From the UHGV virus genome UHGV-0105297: DNA of 44,197 nucleotides; one strand, written 5' to 3'. The first letter of the stretch is position 1, and the number at the start of each line of letters is the position of its first letter. Of the stretch, positions 1-8,624 are shown piece after piece. The DNA comes from a virus. A program made the translations under genes and the position numbers. The notes beneath the pieces are model-generated. The model was not told the DNA's origin. It did not search any database and saw nothing but the letters and a program-made list of their open reading frames with translations.

Positions 1-600
1 CCAGCCGATGACACCACCGTGCCGCCAACGCCTGCGGTCATGGAATCTGATGAAGATTTCCGCGCACGTATCCAGTTATCGCCGGAGGGATACACCACGG
101 CAGGTTCCGAAGGCAGTTATGTGTTTCACGGACTTGGCGCAAGTTCTGACGTGCGCGACATCCAGGCAATCAGCCCGGAGCCAGGCAAGGTGACCATTTA
201 TGTGTTGTCGCGCACTGGTGATGGAACTGCACCAGCCACAACACTTGATGCGGTAACCAGCACCCTGAACGGTGAAACCGTGCGCCCACTGACCGATGAA
301 GTCACCGTGCTGTCAGCAAACATTGTGAATTACACCATTGAGGCGGAACTTACTTTGTTTCCCGGCCCTGACTCTGACGTTGTGCTGCAATCGGCCATTG
401 ACGCCGTAGCCAAATATACAGAGGACCAGCGCCGCATCGGGTACGATGTCACGCTGTCTGGCCTGTATCATGCGCTGCATCAACCTGGCGTGCAGAATGT
501 CACGCTGATCTCGCCAACTGCATCACTGGTGCTGGGTGATGGCCAGGCCAGCTACTGCACATCCATCAATGTAACCGTGGCGGATGAAACTGATGTCTGA
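1..600 (+). CDS. Baseplate assembly protein J, C-terminal ~200 codons (reading frame open from nt 1; continues the ORF at 43898-44197 if the sequence is circular)
   Basis: Frame 1 is open from nt 1 to the stop at 600. Position is upstream of a gpI homolog, as in P2 (W-J-I-H). The far end of the window carries the matching N-terminal part. Confidence 0.75.
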   Translation, partial: PADDTTVPPTPAVMESDEDFRARIQLSPEGYTTAGSEGSYVFHGLGASSDVRDIQAISPEPGKVTIYVLSRTGDGTAPATTLDAVTSTLNGETVRPLTDEVTVLSANIVNYTIEAELTLFPGPDSDVVLQSAIDAVAKYTEDQRRIGYDVTLSGLYHALHQPGVQNVTLISPTASLVLGDGQASYCTSINVTVADETDV

Positions 601-1171
601 TGATTTGCTGCCGTATAACGCCACCGAAGCTGAACGAGCGCTGGCAAATACCACTGCCAGGATCAGTGACGTCCCTGTTGTTGTCCGTGAAGTCTGGAAT
701 CCTGACACCTGCCCATCAAATGTGCTTCCGTGGCTGGCCTGGGCGTTCAGCGTTGATGATTGGGATACAAACTGGACAGATGCGCAAAAGCGCAACGTCA
801 TCAAACAGTCAGTTTATTCGCAGCGCATCAAGGGAACCATAGGCGCAGTAACGCGCCAGCTTGCTGCGCTGGGGTATGACATCCAAATCCTTGAGTGGTG
901 GCAGAAGGAAACAGAAGGCCAGCCATACACTTTCGATGTTTTCATTACTTCCAGCCAGTACCCGCTAACAGCTAAGGATTACAGCAAGGTGCAGGAAGTT
1001 ATAAATACAAACAAGAACTTACGTTCACATATGGGTAATGTTCAGTTGATTGTCAGATCTACCGATAAAACAACGGCTGGCATTGTTTGCGGAACAGGGA
1101 ATGAGGTGAATTTAACTAACTATATCAATAACAGCGGCGCGATTAACGAATTTAACTTGATTTTATCATAG
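584..1171 (+). CDS. Phage tail protein I (P2 gpI-like baseplate wedge)
   Basis: 195 aa. Overlaps the J stop (ATGA-type coupling). Conserved N-terminal 'LLPYNATEAERALA...VWNPDTCP..LPWLAWAFSVD' typical of the gpI family. Position between J and the fiber genes. Confidence 0.8.
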   Translation: MKLMSDDLLPYNATEAERALANTTARISDVPVVVREVWNPDTCPSNVLPWLAWAFSVDDWDTNWTDAQKRNVIKQSVYSQRIKGTIGAVTRQLAALGYDIQILEWWQKETEGQPYTFDVFITSSQYPLTAKDYSKVQEVINTNKNLRSHMGNVQLIVRSTDKTTAGIVCGTGNEVNLTNYINNSGAINEFNLILS

Positions 1172-1179
1172 GTGATAAA

Positions 1180-3582
1180 GTGGAACTGAAAACATATTTT
1201 GCACAAGATAGCGCCGGAAATATCATACCTTCCGCGAGCGTTACTATCTACGAGTCTGGGACAACAAACATTGTTAGCGGTCTAAAAACCGCTGGTGGTG
1301 CAGATCTTAGCAACCCATTCAATTCTGAAACATCAGGTCGCATACAGTTTCGCGCACCTGATGGCATGTATGACATGTTAGTTTCCAAAGATTCAACCAT
1401 CATGCAGAAGGTTGCTATTCAATGCGTTGATTACGCAGAGTTTAAACAGACATCAGAGCAAGCCAATGATGCGGTTAACAGCATTAATGGCATGAACAAC
1501 AACCTGTTTGACCCGTTTTTTGAAATCCTTATTAACAACCCGACGCTTGGCGGTAAAACCCACATCCAAAGCGGATCGCTGGTTGCTGCATCAGGGAACC
1601 ATTCGCCGTTTGGATATCCTGCCATTGTTGCTGGGCCTGCTTCCGGTGCTATTGCTTCGCGTAATATTTGGCTGGCTGACTGCGGAATCCAGGTGGCTGA
1701 CGTCATCAATATTCATACCACAGCTTGGTATGCGAACGCTGGCGGGCGTATTGCTTACATTTTCAGGAACGCATCAGGCACGATCATTGGAAGCCAGGTT
1801 CTGGACTATGCGCAGAGCACTGGCGCAAATTCATTCACGAAGCAGTTAACTGTTCCAGAAACTGCCGTTCGCCTTGAGGTTCGCGTTGAAAATACAGCTA
1901 ATGCTGGTTCCATCGAGATCGCATTAATTCTGGTAAGCAAGCAGTCAGCGGCAAACTATCCAGCCGTTCCTGTGCGCCCTGAATCGCCTTACCCGATTCC
2001 TGCCGGTACTAACTCGGTAGGGACTGCGGCCATTCAAAAACAAGCCGTAACCGTCGATAAGGCCAACTTTTTCGTGCCTGGTAAAAACTTATTCGATAAG
2101 TCAGCCGCGACGCTTGACTCATACGTTGATTACACCACTGGAACCATTAAAGCCAATGCCACTTATGCCGCCTCTGACTTTATCGCAGTGACGCCGGGTA
2201 ACACTTACACGCAGGGCTATTCCCACCAAACTGCGTACTACGATGCGAACAAAGCCTATGTTTCTGGCGTGAACGTAGCAACTTCACCGACAACCCCAAG
2301 GGCGTTGGTCATTCCTGCTGGCGTAGCTTTTGTGCGAATGACGGTGTTGAAAACAGGCCTTGACACAATGCAATTTGAAGCCGGTGCAGAGGCTACAGAT
2401 TACCAGGCGTACAATCTGTATCTTGATTCATCGCGCATTGACCCATCAATCGCGAACCAGGGTGCAGAGCAGCAGTATGTGGAACGAGCTTACCAGGTCC
2501 GCGTTGGGCGAATGAAACTTAGCCAACTGGCATCATCAGTTTCGGCGATCCTGAATATTGGCTTTATCGGTGACTCATGGACCCAACTGGCAACACGCTA
2601 CACGCAGCCTTTAGCCAATGCATTACGTAAAACTTTTGGTAGCGGGCCTGGGATCGGCTGGGTTTCTTTCGGACGTCACAACACATCAGCGAGCATCATT
2701 AATGGCAGCGTTTTTTCAACTGGTAACCTGGCCACGCAGTTCACCTGGTCTGCCGGTTGGCAGTTCAGCTACAGCGGAACCAAAAACCCGACAAATAGCA
2801 GCCCTGACACGGCGGTTGTAACGTCATCGACAGTTGGCGACGTACTGACCGCAACCGTGCCAGGAACAGCAAATGGCGGATGGTCAACGTGTAGGCTTGG
2901 CTATGTTGGAACTGCTGACGGCGTGATCAGATACAAATGGGATAACGGCGCATGGACTAACTTGAATGTCCAGGGCAGCGGCCTGTTGTTCACGGACATC
3001 AACCCGCCTGCCACAATTGGCGCGTCAAACGTTCTTACCATTGAAGTGGTATCAGGCACCGTGTCACTGTGCGGGATTAACTGTATCTCTACTGGCGCAG
3101 GTGTGCGGTTTTATAAACTCGGTGCTTCTGGTTCGAGCATTGCAAGCTGGCTGACGATGGACCAGGCAGCATTCACCGCAGCACTGACAGAGCTGGCGCT
3201 TGATACTGTGGTGTTACTGTTCGGAACCAACGATCAGCGAATTACTGGTGGCGCATCCGCCTTTGAAACGAACATGCGCTCTCTGATTGCGCGCGTAAAA
3301 ACTGCATTACCGGCGGCTGACATTATGATCGTTATGCCGTGTGAGAATACGCAAGCGGGCCAGCAATCAACAATGGCAAATATGGCAAAACGGGCGCAGA
3401 AGGTTGCTAAGGAATTAAACTGCACATTCCTTAACCTGCAATATATTTTCGGTGAAAACGTAGCCGATTATGCGAATGGTTCTAACCACTCATGGTTCGC
3501 AAGTGACGGCATTCACCCTGACCCGTCAACCGGCGGATACCTGATTAAAGACGCAATTTATCGCGCGCTGGTCAATCGATAA
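1180..3582 (+). CDS. Tail fiber / tailspike protein (800 aa) with C-terminal SGNH/GDSL hydrolase (esterase) domain
   Basis: Long ORF directly after gpI. The C-terminal ~270 aa carry SGNH blocks: 'GFIGDSWTQ' (block I, GDS), 'LLFGTNDQ' (block III, GxND) and 'DGIHP' (block V, DxxH). Base composition is lower in GC than the neighbouring genes. Confidence 0.65.
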   Translation: MELKTYFAQDSAGNIIPSASVTIYESGTTNIVSGLKTAGGADLSNPFNSETSGRIQFRAPDGMYDMLVSKDSTIMQKVAIQCVDYAEFKQTSEQANDAVNSINGMNNNLFDPFFEILINNPTLGGKTHIQSGSLVAASGNHSPFGYPAIVAGPASGAIASRNIWLADCGIQVADVINIHTTAWYANAGGRIAYIFRNASGTIIGSQVLDYAQSTGANSFTKQLTVPETAVRLEVRVENTANAGSIEIALILVSKQSAANYPAVPVRPESPYPIPAGTNSVGTAAIQKQAVTVDKANFFVPGKNLFDKSAATLDSYVDYTTGTIKANATYAASDFIAVTPGNTYTQGYSHQTAYYDANKAYVSGVNVATSPTTPRALVIPAGVAFVRMTVLKTGLDTMQFEAGAEATDYQAYNLYLDSSRIDPSIANQGAEQQYVERAYQVRVGRMKLSQLASSVSAILNIGFIGDSWTQLATRYTQPLANALRKTFGSGPGIGWVSFGRHNTSASIINGSVFSTGNLATQFTWSAGWQFSYSGTKNPTNSSPDTAVVTSSTVGDVLTATVPGTANGGWSTCRLGYVGTADGVIRYKWDNGAWTNLNVQGSGLLFTDINPPATIGASNVLTIEVVSGTVSLCGINCISTGAGVRFYKLGASGSSIASWLTMDQAAFTAALTELALDTVVLLFGTNDQRITGGASAFETNMRSLIARVKTALPAADIMIVMPCENTQAGQQSTMANMAKRAQKVAKELNCTFLNLQYIFGENVADYANGSNHSWFASDGIHPDPSTGGYLIKDAIYRALVNR

Positions 3583-3599
3583 TTAATAGGGCTAATCAG

Positions 3600-4985
3600 A
3601 TGGCTTATTCAACGATACACACCAATTATGGCCTGCAACGACTGGCGCAGGCTGAATCAACAGGGATTGCAATCAACCTTACGCAAATGGCGGTAGGTGA
3701 TGGAAACGGGAATGCCGTTACCCCGGACCCTACGCAAACTGCGCTAGTTAGGGAGCGGTTTCGCGCCAGTATCAACCGCGTTTATCAGTCTGCTGATGAT
3801 CCGCTGCGGTTCACTGCTGAACTGGTTATTCCGGCGAGTGCTGGCGGCTTCACCCTGCGTGAAGTCGGTGTGTTTGATTCAGATGGTTCGCTTTTCGCCG
3901 TAGGCAACCTGCCTGCAACCTACAAACCGACAGACAGCGAAGGCGCCTATTCTGACACGGTTGTGCGCCTTGACTTCATGGTGAGCAATGCCAGCACCAT
4001 CACGCTACAGATTGACCCGAACGTTGTGGTAGTAACGCAGCAGTGGATCAGCAATAACGTGACTGCTGCCACTATCATTCCTGGTGGCACCACGGGGCAG
4101 TTGCTTGCTAAGAGTTCAAACGCTGATGGCGATTATGTTTGGCAAGATCCGACAGTCGCAAACGTTGTGGTTGATATTGTGGAGGACCGCCAGACGCTGG
4201 CGGCAGGTCAAACAGTTGTTGACCTTGTTGAAACCATCACCTACGGCCTGGCCGTGTATATCGAAGGTATCCGCCTTAACCGCGGTTCAGGCGTTGACGA
4301 ATGGCAGCCACACCCAACAATTTCAACGAGGCTGACGCTTGGCAAATCATACACTGCCGGGACCAACTTCCTTGGGGTGAACAATGAGCCAGCAGGTAGC
4401 GCGCCAGCACCTCTGGAGCAAAGCCAAAACCTGGCTGACGTTCCTAATAAGCCGACGGCACGCACTAACCTGGACGTGTTCAGCAAGGCGGAAACCAGGC
4501 AAATGGCACCAGCCGGGCTGGTGGCTACGTTCGCCAGAAACACTGCGCCTTCTGGATGGTTGAAAGCGAATGGTGCAGCCATCAGCCGCACAGCTTACGC
4601 TGATCTTTTTGCGGCAATTGGCACAACGTTTGGCGCTGGTGATGGCATTAACACCTTCAACCTTCCAGACTTACGCGGCGAATTTATCCGCTGCTGGGAT
4701 GATGGGCGCGGGGTTGATGCTTCACGGGCATTCGGCGGCAGGCAGAAAGGCACGATTGTTGGCGCGAAGGATGACAACAACGACGCTGCCAACCCGTCAT
4801 TTTTGGCCAGCGGAAATTCCGTTGATTATGGGAGTGATGCGGTTTCGTTTGCTGATTACCCCGGCATCAAAGCTTATTACCTGAACCTGACCGATAAAAC
4901 GGCTGTTGATTCATCAGGCCAAAATCAGTTTTTCAGTGTCACACGCCCGCGCAACGTTGCTCTGCTGGCGTGCATTAAATTCTAA
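3600..4985 (+). CDS. Tail fiber protein, P2 gpH-like N-terminal domain plus C-terminal tail-collar domain
   Basis: The N-terminus ('MAVGDGNG...ELVIPASAGGFTLREVGVFD..GSLFAVGNLPATYKP') matches the conserved gpH N-terminal attachment domain. The C-terminus 'FNLPDLRGEFIRCWDDGRG' is the phage tail-collar motif. Confidence 0.8.
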   Translation: MAYSTIHTNYGLQRLAQAESTGIAINLTQMAVGDGNGNAVTPDPTQTALVRERFRASINRVYQSADDPLRFTAELVIPASAGGFTLREVGVFDSDGSLFAVGNLPATYKPTDSEGAYSDTVVRLDFMVSNASTITLQIDPNVVVVTQQWISNNVTAATIIPGGTTGQLLAKSSNADGDYVWQDPTVANVVVDIVEDRQTLAAGQTVVDLVETITYGLAVYIEGIRLNRGSGVDEWQPHPTISTRLTLGKSYTAGTNFLGVNNEPAGSAPAPLEQSQNLADVPNKPTARTNLDVFSKAETRQMAPAGLVATFARNTAPSGWLKANGAAISRTAYADLFAAIGTTFGAGDGINTFNLPDLRGEFIRCWDDGRGVDASRAFGGRQKGTIVGAKDDNNDAANPSFLASGNSVDYGSDAVSFADYPGIKAYYLNLTDKTAVDSSGQNQFFSVTRPRNVALLACIKF

Positions 4986-4994
4986 GGCGGCATT

Positions 4995-5300
4995 ATGACC
5001 ACAAAAATTGTTTATCAGTACGACATCGCCGGGATGTTCACCGGCGAAACGGAAGCCGATGAATCGCCGCTTGAACCTGGCGTTTTTCTTATACCTGCGC
5101 GCTGCACTGAAGTAGCACCACCTGAATATTCTGGCGACCAGTGGCCTCGCTGGAACGGTGCCAAATGGCACCTGGTGACGATAAAGCCAGTCGCTGAAAT
5201 ATCAGCGACTGACCCGGTTGAAAAACTGCGTGATTTCCTGACTGCAAACCCGGATGTGGCCGCGCTGATTAGCGCAACGAATGAGGCAACCAATGTATGA
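4995..5300 (+). CDS. Tail fiber assembly chaperone (gpG/Tfa-like)
   Basis: 101-aa ORF immediately after the fiber gene. Tfa-like N-terminus 'IVYQYD...G.F.GE'. Confidence 0.55.
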   Translation: MTTKIVYQYDIAGMFTGETEADESPLEPGVFLIPARCTEVAPPEYSGDQWPRWNGAKWHLVTIKPVAEISATDPVEKLRDFLTANPDVAALISATNEATNV

Positions 5301-6070
5301 GCAAGGTTTTACACCTGATTGAAGCACTAACTACAGATCCGGCAACAAATGTTGTTTCTGCGAAGGTTTCACCAGTTGGCCACCCGGATAGCAAACAACT
5401 GGTTACTGGTGAAGCGGTTAAAGGTAGGCTGATTAACGTTCGCGTGTTTGCCTCGCCTGGCGTATACACCTACACCCCGACGGCAGGCACCAAAGCCGTA
5501 CTGGTCGAGGTGTTAGGCGCTGGCGGCGGCGGTGGCGGTACGGTTTCAACATCATCCGGCGCGTTTGTTTCGGTTGGTTCCGGCGGTGGCGGTGGTGGAT
5601 ACGCTGCCAGTTATCTGACTTCAGGTTTTTCCGGCATTGGTGTGACCGTTGGCGCTGGTGGCGGTTAAGCGGCGAACAGCGGCGGCGCAGCCGGTGGAAC
5701 GTCAGCATTTGGCGCGCTGATTACAGCTACCGGCGGCGCTGGTGGCGTAGCTGGCGGGAATACCGCTGCGGCCAGCGCTGCCGTGCCTTACGGTGGCGCG
5801 GTGCCTGGCGCTGGATCTGGCGGGAACCTTATCAATGCTGAAGGCTTCTATGGCAACTATGCGCTGATTAGTACGTCACCATGCAGCGGCGGTGGCGGCG
5901 GTTCACACTTCGGCGGCGGCGCTTACTATTCAAGCGGCACCGCAGCAGGACGGCCAGCGGTCACGCCTGGCAGCGGCGGATCTGGCGCAACGTCATTGGG
6001 CGGGAACGCATCCGGCATTACTGGTGGTGGCGGCGCGCCTGGAATGGTGCGCATTTGGGAATTCGCGTAA
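5297..6070 (+). pseudogene. Glycine-rich tail-fiber-region protein; single reading frame interrupted by an in-frame TAA at 5666-5668 (ORFs 5297-5668 and 5783-6070 are in the same frame)
   Basis: Both ORFs are in frame 2 and the sequence between them is open in that frame. Poly-Gly/Ala/Ser composition continues across the stop. Confidence 0.45.
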
Positions 6071-6087
6071 AAATTATTGTCGCCTTT

Positions 6088-6110
6088 GCCCGCTTCTGCG
6101 GGCTTTTTTT
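6088..6110 (+). terminator. Rho-independent terminator (GCCCGC-TTCT-GCGGGC + T7)
   Basis: GC hairpin followed by a TTTTTTT run, directly after the glycine-rich gene. Confidence 0.6.
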
Positions 6111-6114
6111 ATTC

Positions 6115-6133
6115 CTGACAACCCCCACGAAGA
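6115..6133 (+). promoter_or_regulatory. Conserved late-operon motif CTGACAACCCCCACGAAGA (copy 1), 70 nt upstream of the sheath start
   Basis: Identical 17-19-mer is present at 36497, 39255 and 43505. A 1-mismatch variant is at 32215. Confidence 0.5.
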
Positions 6134-6203
6134 AGCAAAACCCGGTGCGCGGCACAATCAGACTGCCTTTTTTTAATGTGTGCACACATCAGGAACTGTA
6201 AAC

Positions 6204-7637
6204 ATGGCAGATCAATTTTTGCATGGCGTGGAGGTGCTGGACATTGATTCCGGTTCACGCCCGATTCAGACAGTAAAATCCAGCGTCATCGGCATTGTTG
6301 GCACCGCGCCGAATGCTGACGCAACCAAATTTCCACTGAACACCCCGACGCTGATTGCTGGCAGCCGCCTGGAAGCGTCATACCTTGACACCGTTGGCAC
6401 CGGCGAAGGCACCCTGCCTGCTGCACTGGATGCCATTTTTGACCAGATCGGCGCGGTGGTTATTGTCATCCGCGTTGAAGAAGGCGACACCGACGCCGAA
6501 ACGCTGGCCAATATCATTGGCGGCACCAACGCCACTACCGGACAATATGAAGGCGTACAGGCGCTGCGTGCTGCCGAAGCCGTCACCGGCTATTCTCCGC
6601 GCATCCTGTGCGTTCCTGGCTTCACCGGTAGCCGCATTCAGGGTGGCGTAACGGCCATCACCATGACAGCGCAGGGCAGTGGCTACACCAGTGCGCCAAC
6701 GGTTGCCATCACAGGCGGCGGTGGCACCGGTGCAACCGCACACGCTGTGCTTGGCACTGGCGCTGATGCAGGCAAAGTGACCAGCGTTGTCATCGACAAC
6801 CACGGCAGCGGCTACACCAGCGCGCCTACTGTGGCGTTTTCTGGCGGTGCTGGTACTGGCGCAGCAGCAACGGCATCCTTTGGCGTGGCAGCAAACGCGG
6901 TCGTTTCCGAACTGATTGGCATTGCTGACAGCCTGCGAGCCGTCATCATCGCTGACGGCCCTAACACCACCGACGCTGACGCCATCGCTTACCGTGGCGA
7001 CTTCGGCAGCAAACGCGTTTTCGTGGTTGACCCGGCTGTGCTGATTCTGGACGGCGACGGCAACACCGTTGTTGACCCGGCATCCGCGCGCGTAGCTGGC
7101 CTGATTGCCTGGGTAGATAACAACCTGGGTTTCTGGTGGTCACCGTCTAACCAGACCATTAACGGCATTCAGGGAACGGCGCGCCAGATTGATTTCGTGC
7201 TGGGTGACGCTTCCAGCCGTGCGAACCTGCTGAACGAAAACGAAGTGGCTACCATCATTCGCCAGGACGGTTTCCGCCTGTGGGGTAACCGCACCTGTTC
7301 GAGCGATCAGAAATGGGCATTCCTGTGCGTGGTCCGTACCGCTGACATCATCAATGACAGCCTGGCGCGTAACCACCTGTGGGCTGTTGACCGTGGCATC
7401 ACCAAAAATTACGTCACTGACGTTATTGAAGGTGTGAACAACTATCTGCGATACTTAACCAGTATCGGTGCCATCCTGGGCGGTTCCTGCTGGGCTGACC
7501 CGGACCTGAACACCGCAGACCAGATTTCACAGGGCAAAATCTTTTTTGATTTTGATTTCACGCCAGCGTACCCGGCTGAACATATTACGTTCCGCAGCCA
7601 CCTGGTTAACGATTATGTGCAGGAGATTTTTGACTAA
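6204..7637 (+). CDS. Contractile tail sheath protein (P2 FI-like)
   Basis: Sheath-size ORF before the tube gene. RBS AGGAA lies 8 nt upstream of ATG 6204 (the ORF track starts at 6180). Contains an internal tandem ~40-aa repeat ('GSGYTSAPTVA..GG.GTGA.A') not expected in a minimal sheath. Confidence 0.8.
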   Translation: MADQFLHGVEVLDIDSGSRPIQTVKSSVIGIVGTAPNADATKFPLNTPTLIAGSRLEASYLDTVGTGEGTLPAALDAIFDQIGAVVIVIRVEEGDTDAETLANIIGGTNATTGQYEGVQALRAAEAVTGYSPRILCVPGFTGSRIQGGVTAITMTAQGSGYTSAPTVAITGGGGTGATAHAVLGTGADAGKVTSVVIDNHGSGYTSAPTVAFSGGAGTGAAATASFGVAANAVVSELIGIADSLRAVIIADGPNTTDADAIAYRGDFGSKRVFVVDPAVLILDGDGNTVVDPASARVAGLIAWVDNNLGFWWSPSNQTINGIQGTARQIDFVLGDASSRANLLNENEVATIIRQDGFRLWGNRTCSSDQKWAFLCVVRTADIINDSLARNHLWAVDRGITKNYVTDVIEGVNNYLRYLTSIGAILGGSCWADPDLNTADQISQGKIFFDFDFTPAYPAEHITFRSHLVNDYVQEIFD

Positions 7638-8143
7638 TGGCCGCTCGCGACGTTCGCAAGAACCTAAACCTGTTCGTTGATGGCCGGGGATACGCTGGCC
7701 AGATCGAGGATTTCAACGCGCCGAAACTGACGCTGACCACGGAGGAATTCCGGGGCGGCGGCATGAACGCGCCGATTGATCTCACCACCGGCCATGAAAA
7801 ACTGGTCACTGACTTTCAACTGATTTCGTATGACAAAGACGTTTTAGCACTGTGGGGCGTCACCGAAGGGAACCAGATTCCGTTCGTGGCCCGCGAAGCG
7901 CTGGAATCCTTTGACGGCACCGTGACGCCGGTGGTTCATACCATGCGCGGGAAGATCACCGAAATCGACCCGCAGACCAGCAAGGCAGGCGAAGTGCCGC
8001 GCCTTAAGGTCACGATGTCGCTGGTTTACTACAAACTTCAGCACGGCCAGAGCACCATCCACGAAATCGACGTGGAGAACATGATTCAGGTCATCAACGG
8101 CGTTGATGTTCTGCAATCTATCCGTTCTGCGCTGGGCATGTAA
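7637..8143 (+). CDS. Tail tube protein (P2 FII-like)
   Basis: 168 aa. Start overlaps the sheath stop. Position and size match the FI-FII-E-T synteny. Confidence 0.75.
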   Translation: MAARDVRKNLNLFVDGRGYAGQIEDFNAPKLTLTTEEFRGGGMNAPIDLTTGHEKLVTDFQLISYDKDVLALWGVTEGNQIPFVAREALESFDGTVTPVVHTMRGKITEIDPQTSKAGEVPRLKVTMSLVYYKLQHGQSTIHEIDVENMIQVINGVDVLQSIRSALGM

Positions 8144-8200
8144 TTTCTTCGGCCAGTCATTTGGCTGGCCATTTTCACAATCATTGTTGAGGCGATAAAA

Positions 8201-8491
8201 ATGGCTGCAAAGAAACTACCTGAATATTTGGTACTGGCTGCTGATGGTTCTTACATCGACATTACTTTGTCACGCGCGCTGGACGTCGATGGCGCGAAGA
8301 TCACCGCGCTGCGCATGCGTGAACCGACTGTTGCCGACCAGGAAACCGCTGTTGATGCGGGTGGCAGTGACGCATCACGAGAAATTTCCATGTTCTCAAA
8401 CCTTATGGAAATTACGCCAGACCAGATGCGTAAACTACCGATTCGAGACTACAAGCGCGTTCAGGAAGCGTTTTTAAATTTTACCAACTAA
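8201..8491 (+). CDS. Tail assembly chaperone gpE-like
   Basis: 96-aa ORF between the tube and tape-measure genes. Acidic small protein as in P2 E. Confidence 0.55.
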   Translation: MAAKKLPEYLVLAADGSYIDITLSRALDVDGAKITALRMREPTVADQETAVDAGGSDASREISMFSNLMEITPDQMRKLPIRDYKRVQEAFLNFTN

Positions 8492-8624
8492 GCCCGGAAT
8501 ACATCCGTTCGGGCGTTCTGGCGCTGGCCAGCCACACAGGCTGGTCATTGACAGAGATTCAACGGCTGCGGGTAAGCCGGTTCATATGGTGGATTGAGGG
8601 GCTTCCCAAACAAAATGGCAATTA
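8201..8624 (+). CDS. gpE' -1 frameshift extension product (putative; shift at A AAT TTT, 8476-8482)
   Basis: Slippery heptamer AAATTTT (also GTTTTTA at 8470-8476) sits just before the E stop. The -1 frame is open for ~47 codons to a TAA at 8622-8624, overlapping the tape-measure start. This is the classic E/E' arrangement. Confidence 0.4.

Noticed and set aside
5881-6201. 106-aa and 94-aa plus-strand ORFs (5881-6201, 5892-6176)
   Set aside because: Alternate frames of the glycine-rich gene that run through the terminator and the late-motif region. Arg/Trp-rich translations, no RBS.
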